A stretch of 20,593 bases of DNA from assembly GCA_036339465.1 (NCBI GenBank), contig JAYZAY010000035.1:1-20593 (forward strand). The letters are read 5' to 3'. The position numbers were made by a program, and so were the translations under genes. This stretch comes from Myxococcota bacterium (lineage in GTDB: Bacteria; Myxococcota; XYA12-FULL-58-9; JABJBS01). Every line of letters starts with the position of its first letter. Within the stretch, counting starts at the first letter, position 1. Positions 1-8,754 of this stretch are shown here, one piece after another. The notes beneath the pieces are model-generated. The model saw only the letters and a list, made by a program, of their open reading frames with translations. It searched no databases and had not been told where the DNA came from.

Positions 1-1694
1 GCCCGCCGCACCCTACCCCCGACCGGGGGGGGGGCTGAAGGGGCGTTTTTTGCTCGGATTGCGGAGTGTTCTAGGTGCTCGTGCGGATTATCCACCATTT
101 CAATGTTTTCGGTATTGCCGACAGAAATGTTTGCGGTGAATTTACTGCCCAGACCAGGTTGACTCCTGACAGCGATTGTACCGCCCAACAGGGTTATTAG
201 CTGTGAGGAAATCGCTAAACCAAGCCCTGTACCACCGAATCTTCGTGTCGTTGAAGCATCGGCTTGTTCAAATCTTTCAAATACGCGCTCGGTTTGTTTT
301 GGAGCCATACCAATGCCGGTATCTTCGATTTCAAAGGATAATAAATCGCTACCGCCTTGGGGATTGGGGACCATGGCTACAGTGATTCGAATTTCACCGG
401 TTTGGGTGAACTTTATGGAATTTCCAGCTAGATTGACGAGTATTTGTTGCACCCTGGTAGGGTCGCTTTTTATTGAAAGTGGTATTGGGCCCTTAAAGTC
501 GATAAGGAATGCGAGACCTTTCTCTTTGGCCCGGTGGCTAATGACAGACTTGACATCTAAAAGGAGCTTAAATGGGGAGCAGGGCACAATTTCAACGGTC
601 ATTTTACCTGCTTCTAATTTTGTTATGTCCAAGAGGTCGTTAATGATGGTCAATAGGTGTTGTGCGTTTCTGCGAATCGCATGAATAGAGTGCTGCTGGT
701 CATCATCCTTTAGTGAAGGGTCGGTCAACAGGTCGGCATAACCGAGAATTGAAGTCATTGGTGTTCTGATCTCGTGGCTAATGTTCGCAACAAATTGTGT
801 TTTTGTCCTATCGGCCTCCTCGACTTTGTGTTTGGCCAATTTAAGTTCTTCGTAGATGGAGGTTAGCCTTTCTGTCTTTTCTTGCTGGGCGGCCGCCAGT
901 CGGGTTGATTCAGAAAAAGCCTCCATCAATTGTAGGGAATCATGGCCTACGAAAATATACGATCTAACTTGATTGTCGGTCTCACTAACGGGAGAGACAC
1001 TGATGGTCATGGGGGGACTGTGACCATTTTTGGCAAGCATGCTTATATTGAGATTTGTGATAGGACCTTCTTTAAGCGCCTCGAGTACGCCGGTCATTCG
1101 GAGTAGTTCCTCCTCGCCCAGTAGAGCTTCGATTGGCTTACCGATCAGTTCATCCAGTTGGTAACCGAGGGTTTTCTTAAGAGCATTGTTTACGGTGCGA
1201 ATACGGCCTTCCGTATCGATGATTGCGACAGAGTCAACCATCCCATCGACAACGAGGTGTGATTTGAGCCGTGAGTTGAGAAGCTCTTCTTGGGTTCGGA
1301 GTAGCTTGTCCTCCGTTTCTTTTAGCAGGAGTTGGTTCCGGAGGTGACTGGTGATATCTACGTCGTCCATGGATTCGGTCAGACAAAAATTTGCTCCATG
1401 GTCTAGTAAGACTTTGTGTTGGGCGGGTGTTAGCTCGGATGTAAGGACCGCAAATTTGGTGGTGAAACTTCCCAATTTGCTACGAAACCACTGGGATATG
1501 TTTGTGAGCTGCTTTGTGGGGTTATTGTCGATGAGTAGTACGAGATCGGGTTGGAATAACTCCGCGAGATTGAGGTGGTTGTCCGAAAATAGGCAGCTTT
1601 GAATATTGTAACCCGCATGAAGAAGTGGCCAAATACGACTCCGTTCATTTATTTTATGGTGTATTACAAAAATGCGTTTCAGTTTTTCCGACAT
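1..1694 (-). CDS. Sensor histidine kinase (degenerate receiver - PAS - HisKA - HATPase_c), 3'-partial
   Basis: Not in ORF track; translated by hand. ATG at 1692-1694 (MSEKLKRIFVIHH...), in-frame stop upstream at 1707-1709, frame reads open to the left edge. PAS region (DGMVDSVAIIDTEGRIRTVNNA), H-box FVANISHEIRTPMTSILGYADLL (His codon 774-776), N-box QILVNLAGNSIKFT, G1 IEDTGIGM, F-box FERFEQAD, G2 GGTGLGLAIS. H-box/F-box style is typical of hybrid kinases; a C-terminal receiver may lie outside the window. Confidence 0.93.
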   Translation of the reverse strand, partial: MSEKLKRIFVIHHKINERSRIWPLLHAGYNIQSCLFSDNHLNLAELFQPDLVLLIDNNPTKQLTNISQWFRSKLGSFTTKFAVLTSELTPAQHKVLLDHGANFCLTESMDDVDITSHLRNQLLLKETEDKLLRTQEELLNSRLKSHLVVDGMVDSVAIIDTEGRIRTVNNALKKTLGYQLDELIGKPIEALLGEEELLRMTGVLEALKEGPITNLNISMLAKNGHSPPMTISVSPVSETDNQVRSYIFVGHDSLQLMEAFSESTRLAAAQQEKTERLTSIYEELKLAKHKVEEADRTKTQFVANISHEIRTPMTSILGYADLLTDPSLKDDDQQHSIHAIRRNAQHLLTIINDLLDITKLEAGKMTVEIVPCSPFKLLLDVKSVISHRAKEKGLAFLIDFKGPIPLSIKSDPTRVQQILVNLAGNSIKFTQTGEIRITVAMVPNPQGGSDLLSFEIEDTGIGMAPKQTERVFERFEQADASTTRRFGGTGLGLAISSQLITLLGGTIAVRSQPGLGSKFTANISVGNTENIEMVDNPHEHLEHSAIRAKNAPSAPPPVGGRVRR

Positions 1695-1877
1695 TCTTAT
1701 CCACTCTTATGAGCATCTGTTTTTTCTCTTGTATATATTAGCGAATTTTTTGTTCGGCACCAAGTTTTTCTGCCTGGGCGACGAGGTGATGTAAGGTAGG
1801 ACATATTTCCACTCTCTATTGGGATGTGCTTGCTAAGGCATTTGGGGGCATGGCATTCTTAGAAAAGGTGGTGGAAA

Positions 1878-2291
1878 ATGAATGTGATTTTAGTCGTCGA
1901 CGATAGCCAGCCAATCCTTGATCTTGTATCGACGCTACTCTCGGGTACTTTTAAGGTTGTAACCGCTCAGAACGGAATCGAAGCCTTGGCGTATTTGAGT
2001 GATTCCAAAGTTGATTTGGTTTTACTGGACATGAATATGCCCGAGATGGGGGGAGAGGAGACTCTCAAGCGACTGCGAGAACGAGGTAACGAAGTGCCTG
2101 TGATCCTTTTGACGGGTGAGACTGAGGGTTCACTGGAAGGGGGGGGGATGGACTTTGGGGTTACGCACCATATTGTTAAACCCTTTGGTCCCGTCAGCCT
2201 CTTGAATGCAGTCACTGATTTTTTTCGTGTAGATAACCGAGACGACGATTCGGGTGGCACCATTGGGGCCGATTCAGGTGATGACTGGTGA
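1878..2291 (+). CDS. Single-domain response regulator (CheY-like receiver)
   Basis: ILVVDD, DLVLLDMNMP (phospho-Asp), ILLTG, VKPF with canonical Thr-Lys spacing of 22; SD-like AAGGTGGTGG upstream; short acidic tail. Confidence 0.93.
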   Translation: MNVILVVDDSQPILDLVSTLLSGTFKVVTAQNGIEALAYLSDSKVDLVLLDMNMPEMGGEETLKRLRERGNEVPVILLTGETEGSLEGGGMDFGVTHHIVKPFGPVSLLNAVTDFFRVDNRDDDSGGTIGADSGDDW

Positions 2292-2457
2292 GACTGAGAG
2301 CATTACAGTCTTTAGGTCTGTGGGCACTGAACTGCGTGGGGGAGCGCGTCCTGTGACGGTGGGCCATAAAAATGATTGAAGTGGTTTAGCAACCAATTCT
2401 ACGAACAAAAGGATTCGCGAACAGGGCAGGTGGTTGATTTACAGCCCGTTGTGTACC

Positions 2458-3594
2458 TCACTCTTCTACTGTTGAATTCAGTTGCTCGGAGAGACCACCA
2501 ATGGTTTCGATGTATTCGTTGACCATGTCGAAAACCACATTTTTTGCCGGGCGACGTTCGTTCATTTGGCCCACCACTTGCCCTACGGGGGATCCAAGCA
2601 ATTCATCTGAACCGGGCTTGTTGGTTTGGCCATATTTATAGATTCGTTGTGATGCCTCAGCTGTGGCCATAAATTGCAATGGCATCGGTAGAGTGCCCGG
2701 AGATTGTTCTCCCTCCCACGCATCGGTATAGGTGGTCTTGAGCATTCGAGCCGGTTTTCCTGAAATGCAACGGGAGCGAACCGTTTGTTTTGAATTTGCC
2801 AGTAAAAGCTTATTGACCAAAGCTGGCTGATAATCTGTTTCGGAAGTGGTTAACCAAATTGACCCAGTCCACACCCCTTGGGTACCCAAGGCTAAGGCTG
2901 CGGCCATGGCTCTACCAGAGCCGATGCCGCCCGCTGCGAGCACTGGCGTCGGTTTGACTGCATCGACCACTTGAGGCCACAGCACCATGGAGGTAATTTC
3001 CCCTGTGTGGCCACCTGCTTCGTATCCGGAGGCGATGATGATATCCACGCCCGCTTGTTTTTGTGCGACTGCGTGATCGACCGAACCAACCAACGCACCT
3101 ACTTGGATTCCTCTTTCATGGGCCAGTTCTATGACATCTGCCGGGGGCGGTCCCAGGGCATTTACAATCAGCCGGATGGGGTATTTCATCGCGACTTCTA
3201 CATGGGCACGGCCCCCTGATGATGACCAACCAAGGAGGCCTTCAGTTTCTTCGCCTTCGTCGGCCAGTTTTGGAACTTCGTATCGCTTGAGTAAATTATC
3301 AATAAAGTTTTTGTGGGTCTCTGGTATCATCTTCTGAAGGTCGACTTTTGCAAAGTCTCCGTCTTCTTTTCCGACGTATTTTTTGGGGATCACAATATCG
3401 ACGCCATAGGGCTTGCCGCTAACGTGTTTGTCGATCCATGCGAGTTCGATATCCAATTGTGCAGGGCTGAAGGCGAGTGCGCCGAGAACGCCAAAACCTC
3501 CCGCATTGGTGACTGCCGCAACGACATCCCGACAGTGGCTAAAGGCAAAAATTGGAAATTCTATTCCGAGTTTTTCGCATATAGGTGTTCTCAT
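2458..3594 (-). CDS. Nitronate monooxygenase / FabK-like flavoprotein, Rv1894c-like subfamily
   Basis: Start moved to MRTPICEKLGIEFPIF (SD GAAGGGGAG just upstream). Motifs GYEAGGHTG, PVLAAGGIGSG, ALALGTQGVWTGS. N-terminus FPIFAFSHCRDVV...PYGVDIVIP matches my recollection of M. tuberculosis Rv1894c. Confidence 0.9.
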   Translation of the reverse strand: MRTPICEKLGIEFPIFAFSHCRDVVAAVTNAGGFGVLGALAFSPAQLDIELAWIDKHVSGKPYGVDIVIPKKYVGKEDGDFAKVDLQKMIPETHKNFIDNLLKRYEVPKLADEGEETEGLLGWSSSGGRAHVEVAMKYPIRLIVNALGPPPADVIELAHERGIQVGALVGSVDHAVAQKQAGVDIIIASGYEAGGHTGEITSMVLWPQVVDAVKPTPVLAAGGIGSGRAMAAALALGTQGVWTGSIWLTTSETDYQPALVNKLLLANSKQTVRSRCISGKPARMLKTTYTDAWEGEQSPGTLPMPLQFMATAEASQRIYKYGQTNKPGSDELLGSPVGQVVGQMNERRPAKNVVFDMVNEYIETIGGLSEQLNSTVEE

Positions 3595-3648
3595 TGTCTC
3601 CCCTTCGTCATTAAGTTTTGATGCCACGCCCATAGAATTGGCGGAAGG

Positions 3649-3662
3649 TAGAACGTGTTCTA
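3649..3662. promoter_or_regulatory. Palindromic operator candidate matching KstR consensus TnnAACnnGTTnnA
   Basis: TAGAAC-GT-GTTCTA, perfect 6-bp arms, 55-68 bp upstream of the 3594 start in a divergent intergenic region. Confidence 0.55.
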
Positions 3663-3859
3663 GTTTGAAATATAAACCACCGGCGATAAAAGGCCAGGAA
3701 AACATCAAGAAAATTCCTTTTTCTAAGTACAAGCATTGTGGATTCATTGACTGTCGAGACACTGAATGGATGAAGCCTTTTTTTGGCGTGTATTTTTCCG
3801 ATCAAACGAGTATTAGAAGCGGAGCCTGGTATGAAGTCTCGTGGAATATTTGGAGTATC

Positions 3860-5098
3860 ATGATGAGTGAGAAGGTAGAGAGTCTGGCGATATCGTTGTC
3901 GGAACATGCGCGCGCCATCCTTGATGAACCGGAGGATTACGGTCATCGGCGCAGACTGGCACTGTCTCTCGTGACCCATGGCTATGGTCTTATGGGATTT
4001 CGGCTATTTCGAATTCTTGGAGAGCAACTACTTGAGCAGGGCCATACCCTCCACGCGTTGGCCTGTTTGTGTGAAGCCACCAAGGCCAGTGGGGGAGATC
4101 AGCCGGGAATTCATAGGTTGGTTCAGGAGTTGTATCAGCGAATGAACAATTTCGAAGCGGCCATGGAAGTGGGGGATTTGTCGCAACCCCTTTCGGGGGC
4201 CAAATTGGCCGGGCAGGTTGTTTCACCAGAGAAATGGGACGGGTTTACCTCCGAGCAAATGGTGGAAATGGGATTTCGAATTGCGGTGGTGCCGCCGCAA
4301 TTCGCTTGCCGGGGTCTTCCGATTCCAATTCCCATGCTTGCAGAGTTGAGCCTGGAAAATTTTCTTAGGGTGGTCTCGCGTCTGGAAATCGGTGTGATCG
4401 GGGGTGGTGAGAACCTGGTGGTTCAGGGTGAAGCTTCGGATTCCATGTTTCTGATTGTATCGGGCGCGGTGAATGTCTATCGAGGGAGTACTCGGGTAGC
4501 TCGCCTAGGACCGGGGTGTGTGGTTGGAGAGATGGCCCTATTAACGGATGAGCCAAGATCAGCGACGATTGGCGTGACCAGCGACATGGAATATTTGGAG
4601 TTGGCACGAAAAGATGTTTTGCAAATGGCAGCCACCAGCGAAAGTATGGCCGAAGAGCTTCGACTTTCTTGCCACAACCGGCTGTTGCAAAACGTGGTGC
4701 GCACCTCGGCGCTATTCAAAAAACTGGACCTGGCGACGGGTAGTTTACTCATCAAAAAATTCAATTCGCGTTCCCTAGAGCCGGGGGAAAAGTTGGTTGA
4801 AATGGGGGTGCCTGGAGAGGGTGTCTGGGTTATTGCCAATGGCAAAGTTTCAATTCGCACCCTTGATATTTGTGGCACCATGAATGAAGTTGCTCAATTG
4901 GGTTCGGGTGAGGTGGTGGGAGAAATTTCCGTGCTGAAGGGCGGTCCGACCACAGCAGATGTCATAGCCTTAACGAAGGTTTGGGCACTATTTTTAGAAC
5001 GCGATACTTTTTTGGCGGTCGTGAAGAAACATGATGCGTTTGAGTCTTATTTAGCTTCACTGTCTGAAGTCAGGCTTGAACAACTTCGATCACAATAA
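3860..5098 (+). CDS. Tandem cyclic nucleotide-binding domain protein with helical N-terminal region
   Basis: Likely start ATG 3860 or 3863 (MMSEKVES) after GGAG at 3852-3855. CNB1: VVQGEASDSMFLIVSGAV...GEMALLTDEPRSAT. CNB2: VEMGVPGEGVWVIANGKV...GEISVLKGGPTTAD. No HTH or catalytic domain visible. Confidence 0.88.
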   Translation: MMSEKVESLAISLSEHARAILDEPEDYGHRRRLALSLVTHGYGLMGFRLFRILGEQLLEQGHTLHALACLCEATKASGGDQPGIHRLVQELYQRMNNFEAAMEVGDLSQPLSGAKLAGQVVSPEKWDGFTSEQMVEMGFRIAVVPPQFACRGLPIPIPMLAELSLENFLRVVSRLEIGVIGGGENLVVQGEASDSMFLIVSGAVNVYRGSTRVARLGPGCVVGEMALLTDEPRSATIGVTSDMEYLELARKDVLQMAATSESMAEELRLSCHNRLLQNVVRTSALFKKLDLATGSLLIKKFNSRSLEPGEKLVEMGVPGEGVWVIANGKVSIRTLDICGTMNEVAQLGSGEVVGEISVLKGGPTTADVIALTKVWALFLERDTFLAVVKKHDAFESYLASLSEVRLEQLRSQ

Positions 5099-5130
5099 AA
5101 TACACCCTTTTGTGGGGAGATATCCTAGGG

Positions 5131-5262
5131 ATGGCTGTGGCGGCCATAACCTACGGAAGTGGTTTCGTGGCTGATGGAGGGACATTGATATTCCTAGTCC
5201 TTGCCATCGTACTTGGTGGGTTAACCCCGCTTGTTTGCATCGGCCTTAGGCCTAAGCCTTAA
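5131..5262 (+). CDS. Possible 43-aa membrane peptide
   Basis: Hand translation MAVAAITYGSGFVADGGTLIFLVLAIVLGGLTPLVCIGLRPKP*; hydrophobic segment, basic C-terminus, GGGGAG 11 nt upstream. Below ORF-track length cut-off. Confidence 0.3.
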   Translation: MAVAAITYGSGFVADGGTLIFLVLAIVLGGLTPLVCIGLRPKP

Positions 5263-5580
5263 GATGACCGATGACCTAAAATCGAAAAATCAGGCCCTAC
5301 ACCTCAAGTCTTAGGCTTTATTTCTCCATGGACGTGGTCGTTTTTGGCCAGCAAGCCTGTTGGGGCACTGATTTTCTGGCCAGGGTCCCCAGGACGCTTC
5401 GTAGGAAGGGATTTTCATGGCTCGTCATGGGATTATTTTAGAGGTAGTTCAGGCATCTCCGCCTTAGATATGCTGGCGATTGAAGCGAGAGGCTAGGCTG
5501 ATGCTCCCTTCAAGAGTTGACGTCGTGGTGTGTTGAAACTTGTTGAAGGGCAGTCTAATGGGATTTATGAGGTTTTCTAG

Positions 5581-6774
5581 ATGAGTGAAGAAAAAAATAT
5601 TTTTGATGTTATTGTGATTGGTGCAGGGGCGGCGGGTCTTTTTTGCTCTGCGCAAGCTGGTTTTAAGGGGTTGCGGGTTTTGTTGCTTGAGCACAATGCG
5701 GAGGTAGGCCGTAAAATTGTGATCTCGGGGGGAGGTCGGTGTAACTTTACGAATTCTGAGACAATCCCAGAAGCGTATCTTTCTCAAAACGAGCATTTTT
5801 GTAAGAGTGCATTGGCGCGTTATGGGCCACAGGATTTTTTGTCGCTTATTGGCGCCTATGAAATTAAATTCTTCGAGAAGAAGTTGGGGCAACTTTTCTG
5901 CAAGGAGTCTTCGAGAGAAATCGTGGAGATGTTGTTGGGGGAGTGTGACAAAGCTCAGGTTCTCCTTAAGACCGGAGTTAAAGTAGAAAGTGTCCAGAAT
6001 CACGATTCATATGAGGTACGTACCTCTAAGGGAGTATTTTTTGCCGGGAAATTGGTGGTAGCGACAGGGGGGCTTTCGATTCCTAAAATAGGTGCCACTG
6101 ATTTTGGGTATTCCTTGGCCCGACAGTTTGGGCTCAAGGTTAGGGAAACCAGCCCTGCGTTGGTGCCGTTGACCCTGGGGGAGAATACGCTCCCAGGATT
6201 CAAGGGGTTGGCGGGTATTTCTGTACCTGCGCGGGTGTCCTATGGGGAGATAGATTTTTTGGAAAATGTCTTGGTGACCCATTGGGGGTTAAGTGGTCCG
6301 GCGATTCTTCAAATCTCGCTCTATTGGGAGCGAGGGGAGGCAATTGAGATAGATTGGTTGCCCGACAATGATTTGGTTTCTTGTCTTCTCGAAGCAAAAG
6401 CAAAGGAATCTCGGACGACGATACCGAGCCAGCTTAAGAGATTTCTTCCCAATCGCTTTGTGGATGTTTGGTGTGCTTTGGAACTCGAGAACCCGGAGCG
6501 TTTTGTGGCGAGCATTAAGGACGATGATTTGATCTCGTTTGCCAAGAAACTGAAGGGGTGGCGAGTTGTTCCATCGGGAACTCAGGGTTACAAAAAGGCG
6601 GAAGTGACCCGTGGTGGCGTTTCAACCTCCGGGCTTTCGTCAAAAACCATGGAGGCTAAGACTGTTTCAGGCCTTTTCTTTATCGGTGAAGTGGTTGATG
6701 TGACGGGGTGGTTGGGAGGCTACAATTTCCAATGGGCATGGGCATCCGCAAATGCTTGTGCGGAGGCCCTGTAG
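5581..6774 (+). CDS. yhiN: HI0933/YhiN (BaiN-like) family NAD(P)/FAD-dependent oxidoreductase
   Basis: VIGAGAAG, GRKIVISGGGRCNFTN, VATGGLSIPKIGAT, THWGLSGPAIL, AEVTRGGV, GEVVDVTGWLGGYNFQWAWAS. The E. coli member has been reported as a 23S rRNA dihydrouridine synthase (RdsA); not testable here. Confidence 0.92.
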   Translation: MSEEKNIFDVIVIGAGAAGLFCSAQAGFKGLRVLLLEHNAEVGRKIVISGGGRCNFTNSETIPEAYLSQNEHFCKSALARYGPQDFLSLIGAYEIKFFEKKLGQLFCKESSREIVEMLLGECDKAQVLLKTGVKVESVQNHDSYEVRTSKGVFFAGKLVVATGGLSIPKIGATDFGYSLARQFGLKVRETSPALVPLTLGENTLPGFKGLAGISVPARVSYGEIDFLENVLVTHWGLSGPAILQISLYWERGEAIEIDWLPDNDLVSCLLEAKAKESRTTIPSQLKRFLPNRFVDVWCALELENPERFVASIKDDDLISFAKKLKGWRVVPSGTQGYKKAEVTRGGVSTSGLSSKTMEAKTVSGLFFIGEVVDVTGWLGGYNFQWAWASANACAEAL

Positions 6775-7014
6775 ATTGAACTCTTAGGCTTTTCACGGAG
6801 TGGTTTTTGACCAATCTTTGGGTGGTGAGGATTTAGTGGTCTTGGAAAGTGATTGGGAGGCATGATGCAGGCAACCTAAGAGTTTTCACACTGTGGAGGA
6901 GTTGGCTGGTTTGGGTAGATGCGGTGCGAAACGGGGCGGGCTGCTTCTTTGGTAAAACAAAAGTATCGCTGAAAAATTATTTACGGGTGTTCAAGTTGAG
7001 TCGCTCGTGCGTGC

Positions 7015-8325
7015 TTAGATTCCATAGGAGAAGCCCAGGCCAAAGTTATAGATGAGTCCGGAGATTTCAGTTATATCTTGGTGGTCTCGGGCGCTATCGT
7101 AAATCATAGGCATGAAACCAAAGGTTACGTTCATCTTCTTGGTGAGTTGATAGGTTCCCCCGATGGAAAGGTGGTGAGAGTCTAGAATGAACCGGACGAT
7201 GGAACGACTTTTATCGTTGTACCCTGCAATGAGTCTTAGGTAGCCCGCACCGATGGTGAGGTTGTTGGTGACCTCATAATCAAGGCCAAATCCCGCTTCC
7301 CATCCATCGTCAACCATGCCCGTAATATCGAATCCAAGTATGGCGCCTAGGTTCGCAAATTTATTGAAGTAGTAGCCCCATGAAGCGGCAAGCTGTAATT
7401 TGGGGATGGGACGGTAGGCGATGCCTGAGGTGAGATACCCAGGAATGTCATTTCTACTTTCATCGCCGTCGGTGAATATCCCATAGCTGTCTTTGTCTAG
7501 GCTGATGGTGTTGATGATTTTAGTGCTGCTTTCAGCACGGATAGCAATGTCTAGGTTCTTCGCAGGGCGAACATGGACGCCAACAACAAGACCCACACCG
7601 TGGCCTGTTTGTTGGCCTTGAATGACCATACGTCCGTCGGAATTTGGGTCCATACCTTCGAAACCCATTTGTGCGGCTAGGGCAGGAACGTCGCTGGAGT
7701 CGGCCAAGAGGGATCCGTCTTTATTTAGAAGTTCGAAATCTGAGCCAATATCAAGTTTTCCCCAACTGTAGGCATATTTGACTCCCAGGGAAAGTCCGAG
7801 CCAGCCATCGACTTTGTAGCTGATGCCCGCGGTGCCACCGAGGATGAAATTGAGACCGTTGAGCTTACTTTCACTGAATTCTACATCGGCGACCTCGAGT
7901 CCTTTCTTTCCTATTTCGCTCAAGACATAGGACTTGTTTTCCCGAAAGACAGGGTGGTTATCGCCAAATTCAGTAACTCCGCCGTATAAAACGCCGCCGG
8001 AGAGGTAGTAGGCCCAGTTCCCACTTCGGTAGGTGCCCATCATGGTTGGGCAAGCGTATGACATTTGGTTATTGGATGCGGAGAACTCTTCCTGTTTAAA
8101 CTCGCCCAGGATGTATGAGAATTGGTTGGCCAAGCCGAAGTAGCCTCCCTCCTTTCCAAACACCAACCCCGCTGGATTGTAGAAGGAAGCATCGATATCC
8201 GTGGTGGCGGCGCGGTTGAGGGTGCGGGTGTACTCTGCGCTGAAAGAGGAGTAGCGGTTAATGCTTCCCGCAAGCGCCGAACTTGCGGTGAACGTTATAA
8301 TTAGAGCCGTGAAGATGGTTTTCAT
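7015..8325 (-). CDS. OmpP1/FadL/TodX family outer-membrane transporter
   Basis: Start moved to MKTIFTALIITFTASSALA (signal peptide). Hatch-domain motif SAEYTRTLNRAATTDIDASFYNPAGL, alternating beta-strand pattern, C-terminal GLGFSYGI. Confidence 0.82.
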   Translation of the reverse strand: MKTIFTALIITFTASSALAGSINRYSSFSAEYTRTLNRAATTDIDASFYNPAGLVFGKEGGYFGLANQFSYILGEFKQEEFSASNNQMSYACPTMMGTYRSGNWAYYLSGGVLYGGVTEFGDNHPVFRENKSYVLSEIGKKGLEVADVEFSESKLNGLNFILGGTAGISYKVDGWLGLSLGVKYAYSWGKLDIGSDFELLNKDGSLLADSSDVPALAAQMGFEGMDPNSDGRMVIQGQQTGHGVGLVVGVHVRPAKNLDIAIRAESSTKIINTISLDKDSYGIFTDGDESRNDIPGYLTSGIAYRPIPKLQLAASWGYYFNKFANLGAILGFDITGMVDDGWEAGFGLDYEVTNNLTIGAGYLRLIAGYNDKSRSIVRFILDSHHLSIGGTYQLTKKMNVTFGFMPMIYDSARDHQDITEISGLIYNFGLGFSYGI

Positions 8326-8400
8326 GACCAGAGGTCCTCTTTTTTGGGGAGGCATAAACAAAGGTAGATGGGGCTCTCTTTCCGATTTGTCGGAATAAAG

Positions 8401-8751
8401 TCAATCCCTTTTATGGACGAAAAATTTTCTCGAGCGAGGAGCTACCCTCTTAGGTGGAGCTTGACCGGCATACGACTTTGAGGGTTTTGGCAGCAAAGTG
8501 TCTTTGACGTTTTTCCACAACTGATTCGAATAGTCCCAGGCATAACTTCCACCCAAGAGGACTCCGATGCCCCAGATAGCCCAGGAGAGAATATAGAGAC
8601 CCGGACCGAGGTAGAGCATCATCCATTGCGCTTCTAGATAAATACCGATGGCTTCTGCGGCAAAAACGAGGGGGTAGATGATGACGCAAGCACCCACCAT
8701 TAACCGGATCCCGATGGTTTCTCGGAGGGTGGCTGGGCGCTTTTCACTCAT
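8401..8751 (-). CDS. Small two-TM membrane protein (resembles 'transporter suffix domain' proteins)
   Basis: Two hydrophobic helices, W-x2-W-x-IG-x-LLGG then aromatic/basic tail; ATG 3 nt after the HMT stop. Family resemblance is tentative. Confidence 0.6.
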   Translation of the reverse strand: MSEKRPATLRETIGIRLMVGACVIIYPLVFAAEAIGIYLEAQWMMLYLGPGLYILSWAIWGIGVLLGGSYAWDYSNQLWKNVKDTLLPKPSKSYAGQAPPKRVAPRSRKFFVHKRD

Positions 8752-8754
8752 ATT

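Noticed and set aside
1695..1877. Sigma-54 promoter between kinase and regulator (CGGCAC, TGGCAT)
   Set aside because: No GC at the required -12 position after either.
3649..3662. LexA (GAAC-N4-GTTC) box
   Set aside because: Spacer is 2 nt, not 4, and the flanking genes are not SOS genes.
3413..3859. N-terminal extensions of ORFs 3413..5098 (+) and 2458..3762 (-) implying overlapping divergent genes
   Set aside because: Both have better internal starts with SD sequences (3860 and 3594); the extensions are longest-ORF artefacts.
5464..6003. 179-aa minus-strand ORF, and the many other 60-135 aa ORFs inside assigned genes
   Set aside because: Antisense or alternate-frame shadows of well-supported genes with no recognisable motifs.
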